A DNA stretch of 60,940 nucleotides, filler included, from Sluysia triapertura (taxonomy: Eukaryota), in the NCBI GenBank assembly GCA_046118255.1. It is 5 parts of 5 records of this genome, joined end to end, with 100 filler letters (N's around TTAATTAATTAA, not from the genome) between each part and the next. Parts side by side here need not be neighbours in the genome. Positions count along the whole stretch, not along the records: positions 49,968 to 60,940 come from JBJNIA010190685.1; 4 more parts are not named here. One strand, given 5' to 3'. This document shows positions 49,968-60,940 of this stretch, one piece after another (position 1 is the stretch's first letter; each line of letters opens with the position of its first letter). Made by a program: the position numbers and the translations under genes. Below the pieces are notes generated by a model. The model ran no database searches, had not been told where the DNA came from, and was given only the letters and a program-made list of their open reading frames with translations.

Positions 49968-52900
49968 GTATTCAAATAAAAATTTATCAATGTACGAGTG
50001 ATTCATGAATAAAATTTATCAATGAAATGTACCAATGATTCATCATATAAATATGTTTGTCAGATTATTCTACGTTGAGTTCTTTTAGTTATATAGGTAC
50101 TGTTGATAATGATGCACGGATACTGACTTATTTAACTTGTTGAAAATTTAACTCATTTTAAAATATTTATTGTCGAGAGTACTCTACTCGTCTCAGTTGT
50201 TCGAGATAGCATTGCTTAATAAACAATCTCGCAAGTTTTGTTTATTTAAAATTTTTGTCTTTATTGAGTTACACCTTAATTCAATTAAGCTTTATCAAAT
50301 TTTTAAAAAACTTTGCTATATTTTATGAAAATTTCAATACACCTTATGAAACTTTAATTTATTTTATAAAATGTTATGCTTTCAATCCCTACTTATCCAC
50401 TAAAATCAAATAAAGTTAACAAAATTATATAAATAAAGTCTAATACGCATATAATGTTAACAATGAAATTTAACATCAACGAAAATCAACACATTCAATT
50501 TTATAATTTATCAATATTACAACTCGTTAATTTATAAATTATCTCTAATATTAAAACTTACCCCACAATAACTGTTCAATAATAAATAAATTTGGCAAAT
50601 TGTTTGTTAACTTCGGTTGTCGAATGTTCAGAAACTAATAACTCGATAAAAATTACTGATATACATATTACTATGTATACAATTTATTAATTCACATTTT
50701 ATGAAAAAGTGCTATGTAAAATTTACTAATTATGAAGAATTACAATGTATAAAATTAAAAAATTATTATTCCACTTATTTCTTATCTGAATTATTTGTAT
50801 TATTAAATTTTAATTTCTCATTATATTAATTCAATTTCAATTTATTTTGATTTTGGTCTATTATAATGTTTTTAAATTTTAATATCTATCTATTTTTTCT
50901 AATCTTTACTTTAAAATGATTTTGATCTAATGCAATGTTATTAAATTTCGTTTACTTATTATTTCTATTTAATCCTACTTTAGCATGATTTTACTTTATT
51001 TAACGGAATATTCTAAATCTTGTTTTTAAAATAATTTTAATCGAATATTATGCTCTTAAATTTTAATTTCATATTATTTGTTAAATATTTGGTTAAACCC
51101 TATTTGGATTGTGCTGTTTAGTTTACAAAACTTGTAGAAGAATTCATTTCTCAGGCCTGGATTTATAATTAAATCAATAAAAATTTAATATAATTATTAA
51201 TTTAATAATGAAGATGAAATTAATAATAAAAATTAATAATAAAAAATAAAATTTATGAAAATTATGAAATTAATAATTGAACATTTAAAAATAATAAAAA
51301 TAATTATAGATTTAACTAAAATTAATTATGTCGAGGATTTTATGAAATATATTATTTCAATTATATTAAAACTTTTACCCATAACTTTGTTAACGATATA
51401 AAGATTTACTATCTTGTGAATTAACTAAAAAATAACTTTACGAATGTTTAAATTAGGCGCAATGCCTTTAATAAAAATTGTAAAGCTTAATTTAAACAAT
51501 ACAATTAAACTCATAACAAAGAAATTTATATTAAACAATAAAACAATGTTAACTAATGAATAAAATACCTTTATAAACTGAAAATGTAAATAAAACGTAT
51601 ATTCTAAATAATTGTTCGTTTCTGATATCTAAATTAGTATTGTCCTTGATGTTTAATCATAAATTGCACCATAAATTTTTTTAAAGTATGATTATCTTTT
51701 ATTAAAAGAATCCGAAATTGATCTCTTAGAAATCAATTGAACTTCTGCTGGGAAACAAAACATAATCGAAGGTTTCCATGTAACTCAACGCATCAATTAC
51801 AGTAATATATTTTTTAAACACTGTATCATTAGAAATGAGCTATAAATTGTAAAATCAAGTACAACTATGTATTTCTGCCTCCATTTAACTTCATAACTCC
51901 ATTTAAATCCATAACTTCAGGATTTAAATCACAGCCTAATTTATACGTTGAATTGTAAACTGTTGGACAGTATTTAACTGAAGTGTATTGAGTAGCACAA
52001 TAAACCTCATTCTGTATTATTTCCACATTAAAAATTAATTCAATCACAATAAAATATTTCATTCTACTCATTAGGTATGCATTGATTTTTTTATTTAATT
52101 ATTTTTATGCTTTACTTAAATTTAAATAAAAATTAACTATTATAAAAGTATGAATTGTATTTTAAAAGTGTAAATACCAATTAAGCAAAATAATAATAAA
52201 ACTCTAATAAGTCATAATGTCATTATCTTGATAATGCAATATTTTTTCAGTTAAATAAAAACTATTGTTTCGATTATCTTAATAATTACATTATTGACAG
52301 TATGTGAAGTTGGCGTTAAAATATATATAATTGCAACACAATTTTAACTCTTTGATATGGTAGCTTATCAAATAACAAGAATAATGACGTTAAGATCAAC
52401 TGTCGATAATATTTCGGATTACAAAATATGGACAAAAGATATGAAGTAATTAATAAAGCTAAACAATTTATTAATCATTTCTTCTTTCTTGACTGAATAG
52501 AAGTGATACTACAAAAGACCGTCTATTAAACCGAATTTCATTATTTTAATAACTATAATATTGACGCTATAAATCGAATTTCGATAACGTTAGAATGTTC
52601 TTTGATACAATCACAATTTTTACTAATGTTCTTTATGCTTCAGAAGTGTTTTAACGAATGATTTATCTTAAGCTATTTTGAGCATTACATGAATATTACT
52701 ATTTATGATATAATAATAATTATTATTATTTTATAATAATAATGAAAATAATAATAATCATAACAATGAGAATATTAATAATAAAGATTGTGAACGGATA
52801 AATCACGCAAGAAAGGTGATAATGAGACATTGTCCTTTATATGATATTTTTCGACAACTTATTAAAAAGATTATGAAATCATAAAATATGTTTTAACCTA

Positions 52901-53439
52901 TAAAATTGACAAAAGTACCTTTATTAATTATTTTAATTAAATTAATTAAAGTACGCTTTGTAAAATAACTTTGAATTAAAGTGATATTTTTGAAAAATTG
53001 ATCTATTTGAATATAAAGTGTTTTGGTATATTAAGTTAACTGAAATTATATTTTTAATAAATTTCAAAAATGTTAACAAGTAATTACGTATCATAGAATA
53101 ATCAGATTCATTGGAAATACATATATAGAGTGAATCTTTTTGATATTTATTTAATGAAAAACTTAGCAATGACGTGATAGGCATTGAAAATTACTTTCAC
53201 ATGATAGACTTTGTTAAAATTAGAGAAAATCATATCACAAGTTAACTAGATCATAATATGAGAAAATATAATTTAAAGTGAGGTGTGTTTATTGTGAAAT
53301 ATAAAGAAACATATAATGTAAAGTTAATTAGTCGAATTAATCACCATATTATTTGTCGTTTCAGCAAAGGAATTGAATATAAGCAAAAATATGTTAATTA
53401 TAGATTTTAGAGATATATTACTTAAGTAAACAAAATATT

Positions 53440-53960
53440 GAGAACGTCAACCAAGTCATTATTACTATCCTTATATCTACTAATTATTCTTATTATCACA
53501 CACAGGCAAAATATGTAAGGACTCTATGAAAAAGTAAATCAAGATACATATACAAATTGAGTGATCTGAGGAGGGCTTCTTTGTTGAATAAAGTAAACGA
53601 ATCTATTATATAATAAATTTTATTCAAATAAACTTTTAAAAATCAAGTAACTTGTTATTGCAACAGTACTGCAAGGCAGCATCACAGGTACATAATTTAT
53701 TTTCAGTTGATGTCATTTTTGTACTTGGGAAGAGAAAATCTATTTTTATAAGGTTCCGAATATGGCAAAATTGAAACGTTACCAATTATATCCATCTGTT
53801 ATTTTGAAAAACTTCAATTTCCCAAATCATTTTAGTGATCCATCATGCACTTGACTGCAAATTTAAATTCAGTTATGCATGAATATGTACGAGACAGAGT
53901 TTTGTCATTGTATCAAATAAAATGTAAATGATATCCATGCTAATAATGCTGATACACTTT
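53440..53960 (-). pseudogene. Decayed Cys-loop (nAChR-like) ligand-gated channel fragment
   Basis: Across frameshifts: VSALLAWI..YNDK..FKFAVK/HDGSLK*FGKLKF (cf. IWxPDIxLYN..V..DG.V.W), INYVPVMLPCSTVAITSYLIF (TM1-like), QRSPPQ..LCVIIRI (M2-M3-like). Confidence 0.4.
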
Positions 53961-56900
53961 AAGAGTAAGTTTAAATCTTTAATAGAGTTAAGAATTAATT
54001 CACATTACGATAAAATGTTAAAATTATGGTATAAATTTTGCAAAACTTATATTTAAATGCTAATCTATTTTCGAATTTTTTATATTGATAATCTATTTTA
54101 TATCTAATTTTCCAAAACAGCAAAACCATCATTACCAAAATGACAATAAATTAATCTAAATTTTAGATTAATTAAATTAAGCAATCTAACATTAAGTATA
54201 TATTGTTAATTTTAGTCCAAACTAATCTTGATTTTTAAAAATTATTTTTACTGATATATCATTTATGAATAAGTAGCAATTGAAAATTTTAAAAATTATT
54301 AAAATGTCTTAGGCGAATAAAATTGTGTTACTTTTGTGTATTTCAAGGCGTGGAAATATTTTACTGTTACTCAATATAAAATATAAAACAAGTTATTAAT
54401 CATATTATTACTAATTTGATATTAGTTTGAGAATTTTATTTTACGGTATATTGAATTTTGACATACACATACAATTAACTTTAATCAAATCGAAAAGTCA
54501 CATCTATAGTGCACACAAAAGTACACATTTCTTTATCGTATACTGAGGTTGTGTAATCTGATATCTCATTAACATGTTCTTGTACATAATATCAATACAA
54601 ACAAAAACGTTCTCATCGTTATTAAATCTGTGTACTTTTGGTGTGTTCTACAAAATGTAATTATGTCATAATTGATTTAAAATTGAAAATCAATTTTTGT
54701 GACTCATGAACAAGATGCATAATTTCTTAAACTTGATTAATTAATGTTAACTGATTTTGCATTTTGAAATTTTAATACATCTTGTTTACTTTTACATTAG
54801 TTACAAAATATGATGATAACGATAATATTGATAATGATGAAGTATATTTTTTAAATTTTATTTAAGTAAACACAATTTGAGTCAATAACTTTATGAAAAT
54901 AATAAAGTAAATTAAAACAGATAATAAATAAACTATGATATTTGATTCTTTTGTATTCTTTTTTAATAATACAAACAAAAAGTCACGTGCTACTGCTTAT
55001 TTTAAATCTAACAATTTTTATTTAATATTCAATAAGTTAAATATTTAATAAAAAATTTAATTATGTACAAATTTTATGAAAGATTTAATTACATAAATTA
55101 ACAAGCAATTTTATATTTAAACTGTCACATTTAGAGTTACAAGTTTTCCTCAAATTGAATATTAACAAGATTCAATATTAATTATTTAAATCATTGTTAA
55201 ATCTCTACGAGAAATTATTTAAATGATGTTTTTATTTTTTTAAAATAAAATTAAAATGAAACAATAGCTTCGATATCTTCGGAGAAACATCTTAAAAATC
55301 CGAATTCAAGTAAAAATATCTTGAAAAATATGTTTAACCTTAGAAGAAAATAAAAAATTAGTACATTAAAAATGTGGTGTAGAACTTTGGTATGTCAAAC
55401 TCCAAAAACCACGCATTTACATAAATAACACGCTTTTAATACTCATAACATTAATAATATACATCTAATCACTTATAATCTCTTCATATCTTTATACGCA
55501 ACATTCTTCTTTACAGAATTTAAGCTTTTAAAAAGTCTAGGAATTGATAAGCAGTGCAAAGGAAAGAACTGCAAAGATAAATATTATCTGCAAATCTTTT
55601 AAATACAGTAATATTTAAGTATAATTTGAATATTATTATATTATTATTTTGCTGTAGTTTTTTATTCTTAACCTACGGAAAATAAATTTTAGCAGGGTTC
55701 GGTTCCAGTACGGGTATTGGTGTATTTGTAACTAAAAATGATAATTTTTAATATAATTTAACTTTTAATCCCTTCACCTTCAACTAGTCTTATTAAAAAG
55801 ATGGATGCAATGACTTTTAACTTACTGTGGAGGTGTGATGAGTGAGATGAAAGTAAAATTGTAAATAAAGTAAATATTATAATTAATTTCGTTATTAAAA
55901 TTTCATATTATTTTATTGTATAATTAATTTTTCAAAATATAAATTATTTGTCAGAAAATTTTATTATTATTTTATCACAAGTTTTGTTATGCAAATCATT
56001 AATTTTTACGACTTATTTTGTGACTTTAGGTAACTATGAATCGAATATGGTTTTATTGCTTACTTTATGACTTTATGTAATCAAAATATTTTATTGCTCA
56101 TTTAATTTTATTTCTTATTTTAAATCATGGAATAACAAACATTTAATTACCAATCAAAAATTTTTTTAAAAATTTCTTATTTTAATTGAAAAATCAAGAG
56201 GTAATTTTTGATAGCCATTAATTAATATATAAAGGATTAGTTTTATAAAAATATCGCAACCAAAACCAAATTCGTAAAAGGATTAAGTCTAAAAACGATC
56301 AACTATTATTATTATTATCAACTATTTTTGGCAGTTTAACAGCGAGGAGAAAACTTTATTCGTATTGATCCAGTTTCCAATAGTGAAGAAACATTTCAAC
56401 ATATTTTTTAATTAGCTGTTATTCCATGAATACTAAAGTTTTATTTCTGTAAGGTAAAGTTATAATACTTAGCTTTAAAATCGATTTCAATTCTAATTTT
56501 TTCGATACCCCAAGTATTAAACCTAGATCAATAATTTAATACTAAAATCATAACAATTTCGGAGTGATCCAAAATTTCAAATAATTTTATTATTATCATT
56601 ATTATATATAATGAAAAATTTTGTACACGTTATTATTAACATTTTTATTTATTTATTTAAATAAATTCTTGGTAGTTAATTTTATATTTCATCTAGTTAA
56701 TTTGTTTTATAGAATTGATTTAAACTTAAAATAGCCTAGTTGATCTAAACTTACAATAACCCCATTATCATTAATTTAGGAAAAATATTAAAAAATAATA
56801 AAAGAAAAATTTTAATTAGTAAACATGCTCATTAACATTTTAACCCTCAATTTAAAGCAAAGAAACGTAGCTTTTGCGTCTTCTTTACGGCATAAATCGC

Positions 56901-57190
56901 AAATTATAGGCGGACCCTTCACATTGAGAAATTAATTTTATAATTGTTGTCAAGTTTTAAGAGTGAACCACAACATTCCATTATATTTACTTGAGCAGAT
57001 GGTCTAAATTTTACTTAAGAACGTTCACATCTGGATTCTTTAATTATCTTACAACAAAATATTTCACAAAATTAACTTTTTTAAACATGTTTATTAACTC
57101 AACAATCACACATAATACAATACTACAAGTTTAATATTAAAAATCGAGCTACGCTGTAATTAAGATGAAGTAAAAGAAATAAGGTTTTGG

Positions 57191-57335
57191 AAAACCACGA
57201 ACAATTTAAATGTATATTTTGATTTTTAACCACCAGGTAGCCACAAAAACTTTTAATCAGATAAAAACCACGAACATTTTAAATGTTATCGTTTGATTTC
57301 AACCAATAAATAACCACAAAAACTTTTATCATAAA
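57191..57335 (+). repeat. Two-copy ~73-bp tandem duplication
   Basis: aaaaccacgaaca.tttaaatg..tgattt..aacca..ta.ccacaaaaactttta occurs twice. Confidence 0.8.
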
Positions 57336-60109
57336 ACTTCTATCACTTGTGCAAAAATCTCGTCACGAACAATAAACCAAAAATTTATGTGCCGTATATC
57401 TTTTGGCTCATTTTTATATATCAATTGGATGTTTACCAAAATTTACAAAGGTAAATTTTCTGGAAAGTTATTTATTTATTTAATTTTTTACTTTCAGGTC
57501 TGAAATTATTTGCTTAAAATTTCAAAATTTCAGAAATGGTTAGTTAGTTGTTATTTACATTTAATATTATTATTATTTACTTTTACTTTAGAATTTTCAT
57601 GGGTATTTTAAATAGAAATTTAAATGGGTATTTTATTATTATAATTCATTATTATTTTCTATTTTTAATTTCAGATCTGGTGATAGTCACAGTTTCACAC
57701 CTTACAAAGCCCTTTAGGTATTTAATCTGAAAGCTTGTTTTAAATGATAATTTTTCCCAACATTAAATCGGGTATAAAATTTATAAGCAGGGATTTTAAG
57801 TTGATTTTATTATTTTACTATTATGAGTAAAACCACCTTAACATTGAAAAAACTTACTAATTTTTTGGTATAAATATATTTATTCAAAATGTGCTTTTCC
57901 AGACACTAAAAATCGTAATAAATTAGAACTGAACTTGAGATAAAAATTTATTATTGCAATTGTGAATAAACTATTTAATTATGCTTGCTTTTACACTAGT
58001 ATTAGACCAATCACATTTTGCTACTTGCAATAAAAATTAAATATTTGTATTACTTATTAAAGTAAGCAACTTACTTTAAAATTAAAACCAAGAAATTTTT
58101 AAAATAAAAACTCTCAAATCTTATTTTTTAATTACCTACTTATTTTAATAAGTAGATAATTATTTATTAATATTTGTTTTGATATTTAATATTATTTTGA
58201 TATTTATTATTTTTATTATTACTGATAATAATAATATTATTTTATTACACTATCAAAATTTCTCCAAACGGGGTTAAGAAGTGTGAATTTAACATTTTAA
58301 TAAATTTTTATCTTATGACAATTGCTGAGTATTTTTTTAATCTAAATTATTATTCTGAGTCCGTTTACAGCATACGACTTACTAATGGCGTACCTGCAAA
58401 ATTACGTGAAAACAATTATCAAAATTAATCGTACAAAAATATTCTTTGCCTTAACTTAATAATAGTGGGCAAAATCGTCGTTTATGTCAATTAACAATAA
58501 ATAATTTAAAAACTAATTAAGAGCAACGCTAGCCTATGGAATATCTAAACTAATATAAAAATCAAGTAAATAATATTTGTATAAAAACGTGTCATTCCTT
58601 ATGTCTTCAAGTCTTAATATAATGACAGTTAGAGCTTGTTAGTTTTTCCTTTTAAAAGTTCAATGAAACAATATTTGAATTAATGTTTTTACAATAAAAA
58701 ATATATTCAAGTATAAATTGATCGTAGTGCAAGGTAGCTATAAAATGAATTTAAATTACAACGTTAATATTATGACGATTATAGTAGAAACAAGACTTAA
58801 AAACTCTCTAATATTTTTATTGTACAAAATTAAGATAAAAGCAACAAATATTATAAATCTATAAAAATTCAATAAAAAACAATTGTCAAAAATACAAAAT
58901 TTTATAAATAATAAATTTATAATAACAATAATAATTAAGCTATAATAAGGGTCTAGTCAAGAGACTGGATCCTGTAATACTGATTTTATAATTGACATTA
59001 AGGGCCAACTAAAGGTTGAAGATTTTATATTTTAGCTTGATTTTATGATTGGCCTTAATGAGCAACCGTGAAAAACAGTAGTTTACGTTTTGATTTTTTT
59101 AGCGCAATGAGAGTTTTTACACTTATGTAAATCAAACTTATGGATCAAATAATAATACGAAAAGTATATCTTCAGTAATATGATTTGTAATTGAATTGAT
59201 TTGTTGAACTGCTACTGCTTGAAAAGTGCTATCCCTCTTATCGAATACGCGGGTATCGCACAATAACTCGAATGATGGATTTGAAACCTTTGCACACGAA
59301 TGATCTAACAATAAATGTTTTGATGATGATGATGAGTCGAATGATGCCGCGAGTAATCTTTTTGTAACTACTTTATCGAATTGATGAATTTCAAAATGGC
59401 TTAACAACAATTTTCTTTATATTTATTTTTAATGGCTTCTTTATTTCATAATGGCGACTTCTTTATTTGTGTGTGTCTTTATATGTAGACATAAATACAT
59501 TTTAAAATTTTTATTTTATCTAACAAACTTCTTTAAAGAAGTTTCTTTTTAGTTATTTTTTAATTTATAATAATAATAATTTTAATTTTAGTACAATTTA
59601 AATAATAATTTTTTAAATAATACAATTTTAATAATTTTATTTCTACATAAAACCATAAAAATGTGACACTTAACTTTACAAAATTCAGAACCTAAAGAGT
59701 TGCCTAAAATCTTTCCTGAAAGATGTCTTGAAGGACTAAAAGAAACTCTTAAATTGTTAAAGGATTGATCCTTGTCATTTAAATCTAATTGACTCCACTG
59801 ATTATTAATATTAAGTAATTATTATGGCACATTATAAGATAATATGCATTCAAATAGTAATTCTTTTGCGCTTTTCAAAAGTTTTCGTAAATCGAAATAA
59901 TGCTTGTTCGTGTAAAAGAAAACACAGAAATTAATTGCATAAAATAAATCATATTTTTAAAACTGACCAAGTTTAAATTGAAAAAAGAATTTAAAAAATG
60001 AGTTTTATTCAAAATTATTATATTTGACCACACAAGTAATGATGTTAATGATGTTAATAAGATTGGAATAAGAATTTGTAAAACTATGCCTTCTTTATTT
60101 TTACTTTTG

Positions 60110-60674
60110 CTGTGGTTTTTCTAACACTTAACCTATATTAAGCGTCTTACAACGTATCGTTGGCACTTCTGTAACTAATAAGTTAAAAGAATACTTAAAA
60201 ATAACGTCTCTAACACTTAATTGAAGAGGGTCTTACAATTACTAAATAATTTAATATTCAATTCAATAATTTAATGATTAAATAATATAGAAACACTAAT
60301 TCGTTTAGTAAAGTATACAAAAAATCCAAATAGTTTAGTATAGTAAATTATGAGAATAAGATAAAATAATCACTTTTAAAGATTAAAGCGTTTAATCTGA
60401 TTCTAATAAAGTTTAAGTAGAGTTTATTCCTCACTATTTTAGAACATTTTAGAAGCTTCTAATCTATTTTTAGAAGCTTATTTTCTATTTTAGAAATTTT
60501 ATTTTCTTTTTGGAAAATAATTGTTTTTAAAGTAATTTTAAAAATTAATAATTGATTTTAAGATGTTTTATTTGCTTTTACTTAATTTTTGATAGTTTTA
60601 AATATTTTTAATTATTTTTAAGGTGTCATTTTGACATTTATATTATTTTATAGGGTTGTGATGACAACCTAACA
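60110..60674 (-). mobile_element. TGT-initiated repeat, copy 2 (inverted relative to 1087-1880)
   Basis: Reverse complement starts tgttaggttgtcatcacaaccct; same internal blocks. Confidence 0.6.
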
Positions 60675-60865
60675 GTTTGAATGCTGTAGGATTGGAGGAA
60701 AGCTTTTCATTTGAAAATTTCATTTAACTAGATATTTAACCAAAGAATTTAATATATTTTACAAATACTTTAAATTCAGCCATGAGTTTAAGATTAAATA
60801 CCTTAAGCGCAATTAAATTCACAATTAAAGGAACTTACTAAACTTAATTAACATAACCACTAAAA

Positions 60866-60892
60866 CAGTGGTGTCAAAGTGGCGGCCCGTGT
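60866..60892 (+). mobile_element. hAT (Charlie/Buster-like) terminal fragment
   Basis: cagtggtgtcaaagtggcggcccgtg. Confidence 0.5.
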
Positions 60893-60940
60893 ATTTACAA
60901 ACAATACCAGGATAGGTACACGAATATTCATCCGTTATTT

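Noticed and set aside
4603-53960. Alternative genetic code (TGA/TAA read as Trp)
   Set aside because: FKBP15, RPS3 and the GPCR use TGG for Trp and end in TAA; the stop-containing fragments also have frameshifts.

Overview
Very AT-rich eukaryotic (metazoan-type) DNA. It is not one continuous locus: four identical 100-nt spacers (N44-TTAATTAATTAA-N44) join at least five contigs, and there are two ordinary N gaps. Two intact single-ORF genes are clear: FKBP15/WAFL (8570-11314, -) and an unusually divergent ribosomal protein uS3/RPS3 (42161-42826, +). The last exon of an allatostatin-A/galanin-type GPCR (19605-20194, -) carries a one-base frame break. The rest is mostly decayed genes and mobile DNA. 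Decayed host genes: GLUT-type N-terminus, nPKC-like C2 domain, two nAChR-like fragments. Mobile DNA: two relics of a Maverick/adintovirus-type EndoVII-PolB polymerase not visible as long ORFs, L2/CR1 LINE fragments, piggyBac, hAT and pogo-like pieces, a 1.5-kb long-TIR element, and a ~220-bp unit with an internal tRNA-like module in tandem and inverted arrays. The most novel-looking item is a ~2-2.5 kb dispersed element (three copies) ending in ...CCAC(C/T)ACA. It carries two hairpins with compensatory base changes and, in two copies, a DYKDD-rich tandem-repeat ORF. Composition and protein divergence suggest a fast-evolving reduced invertebrate genome such as an orthonectid; that is an unverified inference. 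All homology calls are from manual motif recognition, with no database search.
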